Program-made: the position numbers and the translations under genes
Notes under the pieces: generated by a model
Told to the model about the DNA's origin: nothing
The model's input: only the letters and a program-made list of their open reading frames with translations
Databases searched by the model: none
Origin: Lytechinus pictus
Lineage: Eukaryota
Length of the DNA: 64,000 nt
NCBI RefSeq assembly: GCF_037042905.1
Contig: NC_087251.1
Coordinates: forward strand, 9,736,001 to 9,800,000
Direction: 5' to 3'
Shown here: in pieces, positions 12,880 to 24,850 of the stretch
Position numbering within the stretch: the stretch's first letter is position 1
Layout: each line of letters begins with the position of its first letter

Positions 12880-13377
12880 ATGGTTCCAATCTTATGCTGC
12901 TTGGGGTCTTTCTTCAAACAACAAGGAAAGTATTACCCGAGGAAAAACGAAGAAAAAGTGATTGAGCAGTTCGAAAGGAGCACATGGCAGAACTCTAAAC
13001 TTCACGAGGAAGCTGAATACCCTTATGATTGGCTGATATCGGCATCGACGAGGAAACGTCGAAACGGTCGTGATCCTAGAAGAAGATTCCTATCACGAAT
13101 ACGATCCGTCCATGCAGTCACTGACGCCGAGCCAGAGGTTGGAAAGGAGTTCGTCTTTAATTCTATCGTTGCAGATGATGACTGGTCAAGGAACGAGTCG
13201 AATGTTCTCAAATCAGTGGTAAACTCAAATGTCCAAGGTGGTAACAGCAATCTTTCTCATGACCATGATGAACATGTGCAAAGTCAGTCGATTGAAGATG
13301 GTAACGTTGATAGGTCTATTGAGCATGCTGGGTGTAGGCCGAGATCTGAATCTGATGTTAAGAAAAGTGGGCACACG
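12880..13377 (+). CDS. Uncharacterised disordered protein, exon 1
   Basis: aacATGG start after CpG-rich upstream region; 166 open codons; ACG|gtaaga donor, phase 0. Confidence 0.7.
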
Positions 13378-13709
13378 GTAAGATTTTCCCAATTTAAATT
13401 ATCTTAGATGAGATCTATAAATACGGTAATAACTCTATAGAAGTTTAGACACATTAACTTGTCAGAAGGAATCAATCTCTTATACTTTCGCATTCTTTGT
13501 TCTTTAAAAGGGAAATGATTAATGCCTCATTTTTGATAATGATAGATATAAGATTCTAATCTACATCTAATTCTATAATTCGATTTGCTTTTATTTTCCT
13601 TTTTATAATATTATAATATTTATTGATCTTAACAAGTGGTTTAGAGTTAGTCACTTTCAAAGAACCGAAGTATGAAAAATATTTGTTTGTATTCTTCTTT
13701 TTTTGACAG

Positions 13710-14682
13710 AATCTGACGTCATCCGAAGAAGCGGAAACTTTTTGCAGATCTACACAGGAAGAAAAGGAAAATGGACCAACAACTGGACAAGAATTGCTTT
13801 CCAATTCTAAAGAGCGGGATTTGGGTGTGAACCAAGTCACAGGCATACATGTAGATGAGAAATCTGTACAGGTTAAACAGAGATCCGAAGAAACTACTGC
13901 TTTGTCTTCAGCAGCATGTTCAAATCATTCCACTACAGAGTCATCACGTGACCATAATTCATCCAGTGATCACCAGGAGCATCAGCAGTCAGACCAAGAT
14001 GGTGAAGACACCGTAAGTGAAGGGGAGCAGACACTGACTGCAGGAATACTCGTCACTCAAGACCATGTCATGGATCATGCACGTCTAGATGTAGATCGTC
14101 AGGAACAGCGAATGCGAGACTGGATAATAAATCGTCCCACTACAACCCCGAGAGGTCCGTCTGTGACGGGACAAAGTGGTCGGTCCAGTCATGCTCACAG
14201 GCGAGATCACTTAGAGCAGAGAGAGAACAACCGGACCGCTCGTCCACGCAGCGACCAGATAATTTATCCTCCAACAACCGGACTTACAGGACGTCGACCT
14301 AACCCTCTGTTCCCAGATTTGCCCCTTACGTTGTTACAACCGACCGCCCAACAAAGTCGTCCAGAACATAGAGTGCACCAGTTGAGTGACATGGAACAAA
14401 TCCACAGAACCCTGAGTCAATATCATATGCAACGAAGAAGTCGACCTGATGAATCAGAGCAAGGGGACCAGAGACAGCAGCAGCAGCAATGGCGTCCGCA
14501 ACATGCTCAAAGACCACACCCGGCAGGTGAAGTCAGAACCATGCGGAACGACATTGAGCGCACCAGAGACAACATTGTAAGAGAGCTAAGACAGCAGGCC
14601 CATCGAGTAGATAATCGTGAAGGATATGTCTCCAGGGTGATGGCCCTTGTTAGAGAACGCCACTCTCTCTCCGATCATCAAG
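13710..14682 (+). CDS. Uncharacterised disordered protein, exon 2 (S/Q/R/H/P-rich)
   Basis: Strong acceptor ttcttctttttttgacag|; in frame with exon 1 and with ORF 13794-14714; CAAG|gtacgt donor, phase 1. Confidence 0.78.
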
Positions 14683-15145
14683 GTACGTATCGCGCTGTAC
14701 AAATTTCTTTATAGCAATCAACAACGATATCATTCATCAATTTACATATTAAGGGCTGAAGAAGTGGGAGAAGTGGTTCTAGTGGTTATAAGATATAAAT
14801 CCCATTTCCATAAAAATGTTAATGCCATTTTCATTGTTTGACTTCATACAACTTTATTTACTTCGAAGCGCCATTCCATCATATTTTCTGCAATGTTATT
14901 CGTATAATTCATACCCACATAAAATGTATCACCCATGTTTATTAAATCAATAATTCTTGCTTTAAAGAGGTAAGATTACAAAAGCTTCTCAATATTCAAT
15001 ATATTGCCCTTGTATTGCCATATACTGCCAAACTACCCAAAGATAAAAACTACTAGAAAAAAAAATTTTGTTAGCCGCCTGCATGCTTAACTCATGTATT
15101 TGCAGCTATAATTGTCGTAATTAGAATTCGTGTCTCCTGATACAG

Positions 15146-15260
15146 TCAACAATCATGGGCCAGGGTCTAGGTCAGGTCACTCTCCTCCTGAGCAACAGGG
15201 ACAGGTTGGACCACCAAACATTGAACATGTCCAACGATTGAATCCTCGTCCACCACGCAG
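15146..15260 (+). CDS. Uncharacterised disordered protein, exon 3
   Basis: gatacag| acceptor; VNNHGPGSRSGHSPPEQQGQVGPPNIEHVQRLNPRPPR, same composition as exon 2; CAG|gtacta donor, phase 2. Confidence 0.68.
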
Positions 15261-15992
15261 GTACTAGCTCTTTTAAACGATGATAAATTGTTAAAGTGAT
15301 TTTAACATGTATACAGTGAAGAGTAATGACCAGTTACGGGACCGCAAGTGAAATCTGACGGTATTCCGAATCGGATGGGTTAAAATGCATTTATTTATCT
15401 CAATAATGTCTTTTCGGGGAAGACTGTGAAAATAAGGACTAGATAGATGATTAACCAACTAATCGAAACTTACTAAATCGATAGATGTAATATCATTAAA
15501 AGTGTGCGTCGTTAATTCAATTTGAAACATTACAATGAAACAGCTTTCGCACCGTGACGCAGAACGCTTTCAAGAACATAGAAAATATCATGACAATACC
15601 CAACCAAGAAGTTTCTGTCGAAAATATTATGGGTGAATGAAAACAGCAGTTCCGGCCTGGACTCTGAACAAACATATATTATATATATTATTTGCAATTT
15701 TTGTCAGCTCCGAAACTCAGGACTAACAGCTGTTCACCAATACTTTCGCCAAAGACCTCCCAGCTGTCTATTGCCATTTGACGAGCATTTTCAATACATT
15801 TACTGAGTTCTTGAACTCGTCTTGCGTCCCGATGCGAAAACTCACTAATAAGGAGAGAACGTTAAAAAGAGATAGAGGGCTACTTTAATGGTAAATAGAT
15901 GGGGGTCGTGAAAGTTAAGTTCTCTGTCTTACTCAATGTCATTGTGTTAACTCTTTCTTTTCTTGTCCAAATTATATTTTCTCTATGAACAG

Positions 15993-16050
15993 GCGAAGGA
16001 GATGTCAGAAACATTATAATGGAGCGATCTACCAGCCTAAGAAAGAGTGA
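15993..16050 (+). CDS. Uncharacterised disordered protein, probable last exon
   Basis: tttttctctatgaacag-like acceptor; RRRRCQKHYNGAIYQPKKE* when joined to exon 3; AT-rich UTR-like sequence follows. Confidence 0.55.
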
Positions 16051-17649
16051 TGTGTATAATGTCAACTATAAATCTTCAATCGATTGTTACTATTTTGAAG
16101 TCTACAACTTAGTTAAGCGTCAATTATATTCCAATGAATCTAAGTACATATCTTGGTCTTACATATTGAATGAAAATAAGTGTTGATGTGGATGCTGATT
16201 TCTTCTTGCCATTAATCGAAAAAGAAAATGTATGTTCATAATTATCTGAAATAATCGAAATAAATATTTGTAAATAGTTCTCTTTATAGCAGGGCGGTGC
16301 CCGGGTTTTTTTTATTCGGGGGGGGGGGGGGGATTACCCATATGTGAATTTGATTTCAGGAATAGAAAATAAAAGGGTGTTGTGTAGTTACATCGTCAAT
16401 AAACACATTTCATATGTTTTTTTTTCATACGTTTTTTTTTGTCATTCTTATACTTTATTCTTACTTGGAGAAACATACCTTTGTCGGTCTCTGCCCCCCT
16501 CCCTTTAGCGCTCCTTCTGTTTGTAAAAATATAGGATCTTTGCATCTTCCAAATCTTTAGATAAATACTTTAACCTGATTTGGGTAACATATTATTGACT
16601 TCTATATATCGTTTACCATTTGGGAATAATTTTTGGTTTTGGTCTTTATTATTGTGTATTTGTGATGATTGTGTAACAAGTAGCCATTTGAACCTCACTA
16701 TACAACATAGTGGTATATACTAACTTTACTTCCAGATGATTAGTAGATAGTAAATCTTATATTGTTATCATTTTTCAATGTCATGTCTTCAATTTGACGA
16801 CGATTTGATGTAGAGTTAAAGCATTTGCATTCTTAGATTTTTTTCTCTTCATATGTTTTGTTTTACCTTTCATTGTTACTCATGTTGTGTTTGTTCCTGA
16901 TGTTGATTTTGGTGCATGTAATTTGCGTACCATCCAGATAACACAAATATGTTTAGCAGTTTTGAATTAGAATTTAGGAGAATAGACAACTGATGAATCT
17001 TATACATCAGTACGGAATATGAGATTGTTTTGTAATAAACAAAAAGCAAAGTTTAATTTGTACAAATTTGTTTGTCAATGTGTTTTAACTTATAAATGAA
17101 TGTGTATCATAATTCAGTGCTTAATTGGACCTCTATGAAAAACAGAGCCATCACAATAATATAGAGTGATCCATATGTATATTTTAAGTTGATCCGATAT
17201 TTAGTTCAAATTTTAGAATTCGCATTTGTGACTTTTTACTTATAATACACCATATTTTTATTTTCATATGGAAAATAAACTCAAACCGCCCCCATCCCCC
17301 CCCCCCCCCACACAAAAAAGTGGGAAGACAAAATAATCTTATAATTTACAACGAACTATTCATTATTGGAATGGTTAGCCATCATACAGAATTGAGTTGC
17401 GCATCGACGATCAAATTTTTGAATTTCAATTTTGTTGAAAGGGTTGATACCGCCCGTGAATCGCTCCACATGGGCGGATCCAGCCTTCGCCAATAGGGGG
17501 GGGGGGGCGGAATTTTTTTTCAGCCTTATTTTCCCCGATCGGCCGCTCGAAGATGAATTTTGGTTTCTTTGAAGGGGTATTATTCCTAATAGTTACTTCT
17601 TAGCTTTATTCTTATCAACATAGATATATATCATAATGCTTATTTATGT

Positions 17650-19590
17650 AATGCGAGCGCGAAGCACGAACTATTTTTTTGGAAATTCTATGTATTTTTC
17701 CTAAAATTTGAACATTCTGGGCAATGCTTGTTATCCTGAAAAAGATGTCTATGCAACTAAATAATTACAACGAACGCAAAGCGTGAGCAGAAATGAACTG
17801 ATGGAAAAGGTACTTGTTAAAGACTGCTTGCAGTAAGCCATGAAGGCGTTACATATTTTAAAAGTCAAATAATGCGAGCGCGAAGCGCGAGCTGAATTAT
17901 TTTGACATTTTTACCTAAAGAATGGAAAATCTAAGCACTTTTGTAACTTAAACAGATTTAACTAAACAATTGATGCGAGCGCGAAGCGCGAGCGGAAACT
18001 TTCGAGATTTAGACCTACTGAACGACACTTTATTCATGTTTCCTAAATCATGAAAAGCATGAGTTAATTGGGGATCTTCCTTAAATTCATAATGCGCGGC
18101 GCAAAGTGCGAGTAGAAAGTTTTTATATACGTTTTGAATTGATCGAAAAGGTTAAGGACTGCTTGCACTTAGCCATGAAGAAGTTACATATTTCAACAAT
18201 CAAATAATGCGAGCGCGAAGCGCGAGCTGAAAATCTTTGACATTTCTACATAGAGAATGGACAATTTTAAATTAAATTTTTGTAATCGTCAACAGGATAG
18301 CTATATAACTAAACAATTCATGCGAGCGCGAAGCGAGAGCTGAATATAAATCGTGATTTAGACCTAAAAACGGGACACTCTATTCGTGTTTTGTAAATCA
18401 TGAAAAGAATGAGTAATAAGGGATCTTCCTCCCTTAATAATGCGAGCACAAAGCGCGAGCAGAAAAAAAAATTATATTGTGATCTGAAACTGAATAATGA
18501 TTTAAATAGATAACAAGTTGAATATCTGAATAAACATGCGCGCGCGTGTTTTATATTTACGCCTAGAATCTAGGCTTTCTAAATACATCCTTTATCATGA
18601 AAATCAAAGCGAGCGCGAAGCGCGATCTTAAACTATTTGATATTTCGATCTGAAAAAAAGAGTCAATTTCTGCTTTATATTTCAAACACTTTGTAGGAAA
18701 ATTGTGAGGTGGATATGAATCGCACTTAATAAAGAGCTGATATTTTTCATTATTATTACTTTAAGTTTTGACATCCTAGGGTATGTCATCATATGAAATT
18801 GATGACTATCTCCCTATATTCCTCTTTCTGAGCGCGAGTTGAAAAGAAAGGGACAATTTGATTTTTTAATCAATATCTTATTCATTAATGCCTAATGAGG
18901 GCGCGAAATCTGATGATAACATGGCCTGAAACTGGACATTTCAAGGCCAGCTTTATAACTAAACAATTCAAGCGAGCGCGAAGTGCGAGCGGAAAAAAAA
19001 TCGAGATTTATACCTAAAACCGGTGTGTTGGCTCAGTTGGTAGAGCGTCCGTCTCACAACCGGGAGGTCGGGGGTTCAAACCCCGGCCGCGTCAGACCAA
19101 AATACGTTAAAAGATGGGAGTTGCTGCTACCCTGTTTGGCGTTCAACGATTAAAGGGATAGAGCCTCGTCGATCTGGCGCTGCACAGCGGCTGCCGGGCC
19201 CACGATCAACTGGGCAAAGCAAATTTTCGGAGTATTTCATTTCATGGTTATTTCGAACAATAAATTATGGATTTATCATTTATCATTTTAAAAGCCAATC
19301 AAAATTCGAGCGTGCACCGCTAGCTGATACGTTTTGACAATCAGACTTGAAAATGGATATTTTGAAGCTTTATGGAATACATAAGCGCGCAGCAAATGTT
19401 AATATTCAGACCATAAGACATTTTTACGGAACACTTTTTAAAAATCAATTTTTAGATCACACAAAATAATGAAAGTTCGATTTTCGAGGTGAAACATGTT
19501 TTGTATTATTGACTTCCAAACTTGATATTCAAGCTCCATATATTTAAAGACCACCTAACAGGCAATGCGAGCGCGAAGCGCGAGAAAAAT
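17650..19590 (+). repeat. Degenerate ~100-120-bp tandem array anchored on GCGAGCGCGAAGCGCGAGC
   Basis: Motif recurs at ~17653, 17770, 17874, 17975, 18094, 18209, 18322, 18442, 18609, 18972, 19567; ~340-bp higher-order period. Confidence 0.8.
19023..19289 (+). mobile_element. tRNA-derived SINE (Meta-domain-like body)
   Basis: A box TGGCTCAGTTGG, B box GGTTCAAACC, then agaccaaaatacgttaaaagatgggagttgctgctaccctg body, and (TTTATCA)n-like tail. Confidence 0.8.
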
Positions 19591-20400
19591 TTTATATAGT
19601 GACATAAAAGATTCTTTGTATTTTCCAAGTCTTCCCCTCATCTTATTTTAGTCACTCGTCTTCCTCCTCTTCTTTTTTCTCCTCTCTTTTCCCTCCTTTT
19701 TTTTTCTTCCTTTTTTGCTCCGCCAATAGGGGGGGGGGGCCCGCCCCCCCCCCCTGGATCCGCCTATGCTCCAGGAGAGCGATAAGTCCGGATTTGTCAG
19801 GTCACATCGGTCCTGTTAGCTTACAAAAGGATCCTTGAATAGAGGGTTAAGATAAACCAAATCTATTTAGAATTAGCAAATGATGAATGGATACTCATGC
19901 ATGAAAGCTGTGCTTGACATCCCTTCTGCTGAACCGAGCGCTTAGAGACATGCAATTTTGCATGACTGTGTGCGCTATATAAAAACGTTTCATTATTATG
20001 TGTTTATGATGTTATCTCGAATCCCCGTTACTAGTTCAGTGGACATAGTTGGTTTGAGCACCACAAAGTTGGATTAAAGCTCAGGAAAGCTTGATCGTCG
20101 TCAGCCGACCAGCATTTATGAGCCTGATATGATCTTGGTAAGCATACAGTATTCATTATATTTTCAATATATATCAATAGTGCTGCAATAAATTTTGATA
20201 AGCAGAACGGAATTTAGAATCGGGCACATGCAGGTTTGCTCAATCAGAGCATAAATATGTATATACAGACATAATATATATGTCAGATTTTCATTTTAAA
20301 TCAAAGATTAAATAGAATGTGAAGTGAGATAAAAAGTTAAATCAACCACAATTATTTTGGTCGACGATGAAATAATTTCCTCTGGAGGACTCATCCTTAA

Positions 20401-20984
20401 AGGATAAGTCCACCCAAACAATATGTGACATAAAAAGAGATCGAAAATGAAACGAGCATAGCATTGAAACTTTCATCAAAATCGGATGTAAAATAAGAAA
20501 GTTGTGACATTTTTAAATTTTGCTGAAGTTCACGAAAAAGTTATTCACATCCTCGTCGCTATGCAAATGAGGAGACTGATGACATTAATCCTCTCAGTAA
20601 TTCTTTTGTACATGAAATATGAAATATTCTAATATTCTCCTCATTCTCATATGACATTAAGTTTTATTCCCCCTGAACGCTTATTGTTATTTTAACATTT
20701 TTATGGTCAAAACAAGAGTTTCCTTATTGTCAACTCTGTAAAAATTAAAATATTGTACAAATCAAACAATAAAAAACAAAAGTTGTGATTGAGGTACATC
20801 ATCCATTCGCTCATTTGCGTATCACTGAGTTGTGGGGGAAAAAATAAAATTTAGTAAGCGAAAATCTAAAGGTCATAACTTTCTTATTTTACATCCAATT
20901 TTGATGAAATTGTCAGTATCATGGTTTTTTATTTACTTTTCTCTTTTCATTCAAATCAACTGTTTTCTGGGATGGACTTGACTT
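20401..20984. mobile_element. Intact Kolobok-like TTAA MITE
   Basis: TTAA|aggataagtccaccc ... ggatggacttgactt|TTAA; ~200-bp imperfect inverted arms. Confidence 0.8.
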
Positions 20985-21356
20985 TTAACAAAGTTGACAA
21001 TACAAATCTTCTGTTTACTGGATAGCGTGAATGATATGAAAATCTTTTCGTACGTCATTATTTTTAGAACAAAGCATTTATCCGTGATGCTTTAATGGTG
21101 ATTGATTGACTCAATACTAAAAGCAAGAATTCCGGCAATGTTATATTTTTTTGTTCACAAGATCTAAACAAAAGGCAATGTCACTTGACATTTAACGATA
21201 TTGCCTTCCTTCTACTTGATAATTTTCATCATGGTGACTTTTTCGAAGTTAATAAGAATTTAATTTTTATACAAAGTTTTAATGTTTTCCAATATCTAGA
21301 TAGGCCTAGCTAATTAAGGATTTTAAAAAGAATAAATCAAGTTCTAAAATGTTATA

Positions 21357-21666
21357 CACTGTTAGAAAATTTATCCTTAAAATAAAAGAAGTTCCTGCAG
21401 CAGAGTCTTGAGAACACCTGTAATCTAATTCTTACCAGATTGCGTATCTTACATTATATCATGTAAAATTACAGGAAATTGGTATTTGGTGTATGGAACC
21501 TTACAGATTTACTTAAATAAAACACCCTTTTTCCCCTTTTTAAACAGACCTAATCTGTTAAATTGCAGAAAATTCCTGTTTTATAAATTTACAGCATTTG
21601 GAAGTTATATTATTGCTTTCTGCAAAATCTTCCTTTTTTCTGTAGAATCAGGGTTTTTTAACAGTG
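21357..21666 (+). mobile_element. TA-flanked MITE, copy 1
   Basis: TA|cactgttagaaaa ... tttttaacagtg|TA. Confidence 0.8.
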
Positions 21667-21788
21667 TAGGACTACTTGTTTAAGGCCGGTATTTGGCAGG
21701 GCCCCAAGACTAGTAAATAATCTTTATTCAAAGAAATAATTAATTTTCCCCCTTATTTTCACTCTGATTTGTTTTCAATATCTGCGTA

Positions 21789-22068
21789 CACTGTTAGAAA
21801 ATTTATCCTTAAAATAAAAGAAGTTCCTGCACTAGAGTCTCGAGAACATGTAATCTTACCAGAATGCGTAATCTTACAGGTAATTGATATTTGGTGTATG
21901 GAACCTTACAAATTTCCTTTAATAAAACATCCTTTTCCCCTTTTTAAACAGACCTGTTCTGTTAAATTGCAGAAAAATTCCTATTTTATGAATTTACAGA
22001 ATGATTCTGTTATTGCTTTCTGCAAAATCTTCATTTTTTCCCTGTAAAATCAGGGTTTTTTAACAGTG
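21789..22068 (+). mobile_element. TA-flanked MITE, copy 2 (same orientation, ~120 bp downstream)
   Basis: Same termini and near-identical interior to 21357-21666. Confidence 0.8.
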
Positions 22069-23399
22069 TATTTAAATGATTAGACGAGACCAATATGGGG
22101 AGAACTTGAGCCCAAGGAGCATTTTGGGGTAAAAGTTGGGAAATGGTCCATTTCACCTAATTTGAATGTGCTGAATCTGATAAGACCGGTCATCAAGCCA
22201 ATTTTTCATGTTTTGACCACCTAATTTGCATAAACAAAATGGCTGCCAAATTGACAATTTATAATCTTATTTTTACAATATTCTTTTATAATATTCGCTT
22301 TCACCGATATGGATACTGCAAAATCCTGCATACTTAACATGTACCATTTAGGAAAATTTGTTATTTCTGTTTTCGGCTAATTAATTATGCAAATTTATGC
22401 ATATTTTGCAATATTATGCTATAATTTGAAAATTACACCTAAAATGTTTATCATTTTGGGTACAAATAGCATTTGTATCATTATAATAATTGTTTGGCCC
22501 TTAAATATAATACTCAAGTCAATTTTTATATGTATTTTATTGTTCTTTGATATTTCTTTTGTGTTCTTGTATTTTCTGCCATTTGCTTTGTATATGTTTG
22601 ATATGAGATCTTTAAAAAAACTAATATCAATGGCAGACAAATATTAAGCTTCAGTGATTGAATCATTTGATAAACTTCTTTTGCCACAACTGTTAATTGT
22701 ACTCAGGAACAAATGCACACACATGCTCCCACACCCACACCTGTATATAGAAAGTAATATACTTGCAAGGTATAGTAGACATGCCCAATATAAAAACATT
22801 GATGCCGATCCTATAATCTTGACAATTACTAAATTCAATGAACCCGTAAGAAAAGAAGAGTTTAGAAGTTGGAAAACATGTAATCATGCTGAACTTAAAT
22901 TTCTTGAAATAGATATATTAAAATGTTTTATAACAGATCAAATCAATCAATTAAACGTATGATTTACGCAGTGTAGATTATCAATCGGGTATAAGTATCA
23001 GTACATTGTAATTATCCTTGTAGCAAAATTATATCTTTGATTCAGCTCCATCAGAACTGCAATCATGGCAGTTATCCAAAGAACAATTTGTAATAAATGC
23101 AAAGGGTCTGTATTACTGAATCACTTACTAGTTTTTTGGTCATTACCGATTTATTTATTTATTTGGCAACGATACATTTTCCCCAAGTCAACCATCAAAG
23201 TGATAACTGAAAACCACAGCTTTTATCCAATCTCTATACCTTGGAAGATTCTTTGACGAACGATACTGAATACAGAAGAGGAAATGATAAAAACATGGGG
23301 CTAAACACAGATTAACTCCATGGTTAAACATGGGCAAAACAAGGTTTCCAGCCCAGTCACTGCCCAATGCAGAACAAATTTTCACAGTGTGTCCTAATG

Positions 23400-24175
23400 T
23401 TAAAAAGTGCTAGAGATGCCTGTTGAAGGTAAACCAGCATGGAGACAGTTGAAGAAGTCCAGTCTAGAGGTTATCCGGTCATGGATGATATTTTCTGCAC
23501 CACCTCATGTAAGACAATGTCTGATCTCAGCAATTCTGTGGAGCAGGTAATATGCAAATTGGCAGACATGTGATGTGTGTTTCTTCATGCTCATTGTTCT
23601 ATCAAAGACTACGCCAATAGATCTAGCCTTGCATACTGGAGATATATAGCTTCCTCACCTATTAAGACTGGAGTTGTAGTCATAATAATTACGCATATAT
23701 GGAGATGACAGAACAAGATACTTCGCTTTTTATTGTTAAGCTCCAGGAAGTTGACCTTCATCCAACATCGAATCCTCAATGGCAGCACCAACAACAGCAG
23801 CTGCACGAACCTCTGTATATTTACCTTTTGGATCAAAAGTGAGGTATACAGCTGGATGTCATCAGCATAGATGTGTATATCAAGACCATGTTGCCACATT
23901 ACAGAGCCAAGAGGAGTGAACAAGGGACAAGGACAGACTCCCAAGGAACTCCATATCAAAGGGTAGTCACTGGAGACTGCATGCCAGTGATGAATACAGC
24001 TTCATACAGCTCTGTTGGCAAGGTAAGAGGAAACCTGCCATTGGAGTGCAGAATCATCAGTTCCAAAACAGACTGTCATGTCAGTCTCCCAAGAAGAATG
24101 ACATGTTCACTGGTATTAAAACCGGTTGACAAGTCAAACATAACTTAGGCAACAGCTTTCCTCATAGAAAGAGAC
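23400..24175 (-). mobile_element. Degraded L2-type LINE RT fragment
   Basis: HIYADDIQLY, GVVFDRTMSMKKH and SRLDFFNCLHAGLP motifs across frameshifts. Confidence 0.75.
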
Positions 24176-24179
24176 ATCC

Positions 24180-24850
24180 TGGCTCTACAATCGAAGAAAT
24201 TCTCGACCTAGACTTTGACGGTGATATCTCAGACTCGCATGCAGCCTATCAGAGCTGGGTAAGCTATTGGATGCTGTTGGGTTTAATACCGATCAAAAGA
24301 AGTGGATTAATAATCACCCACATGAACACCATACATGCCAGGAACCCACCATCCTCTGAAAGATATCTTCGTTATCAATTTGAAATGTGTGATGTGTGAA
24401 TATTAGAAGTTCGATAAATGGCCTAGAAGACATTACACAATTCACTGCGGTATTGAAAAGGTGCACTCCGAGCATTTTAACACCTGAAACAAGATCTGGT
24501 TAGACAGCAGATTCTCTCTCAAGACAAAAGTTTAGGTTTTCTCTATGGATCTGTGACATGAGAATCGGACATATCTCAAGAACACAAACACGATGACTTC
24601 GATACGAACTGCCTCCGCAGAATACTTGTACTAAATTGGTTTGATTTCAACAATTAGAGATGACTTTTTATAATACGAGGCTGCCCTATCAATCAAGCCA
24701 TCCAATTGAACACCAAATCGATGATAACTGACATTGATCATTCAACACCCCGAAGGTAAAGGTGTATATCAAGCTTGGGGAAGCTGGATGCCTCTAAGTT
24801 GGACGAAGCGGCAATCCTTGATAGGACAGGTGCAGTACTGCATTGGAAAA
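24180..24850 (+). mobile_element. Degraded RTE-type LINE fragment
   Basis: KIWLDSRFSLKTKV...LYGS and FDTNCLRRILVLNWFD resemble RTE post-RT motifs. Confidence 0.6.

Larger units (their letters stand above)
17469..19768. mobile_element. 2.3-kb non-autonomous DNA transposon with internal tandem array and 5-bp TSD
   Basis: TIR catgggcggatccag / ctggatccgcctatg, poly-G subterminal tracts, CTCCA duplicated at 17464-17468 and 19769-19773. Confidence 0.85.

Noticed and set aside
12880..16050. Orphan gene as a Transformer (185/333) immune gene
   Set aside because: Lacks the signal peptide, Gly-rich repeats, poly-His blocks and two-exon structure of that family.
19023..19095. tRNA-Val(CAC)-like gene
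   Set aside because: Acceptor and T stems pair poorly, there is no oligo-T terminator after the cloverleaf, and it continues into a SINE body and tail.
17650..19590. Repeat-spacer periodicity resembling a CRISPR array
   Set aside because: Spacers are ~80-100 bp and mutually homologous, repeats are degenerate, the array lies inside a TIR/TSD element in animal DNA, and there are no cas genes.
21486..22962. Cluster of 60-100-aa hydrophobic ORFs
   Set aside because: They lie within AT-rich MITEs and inverted arms, with no splice context or recognisable motifs.
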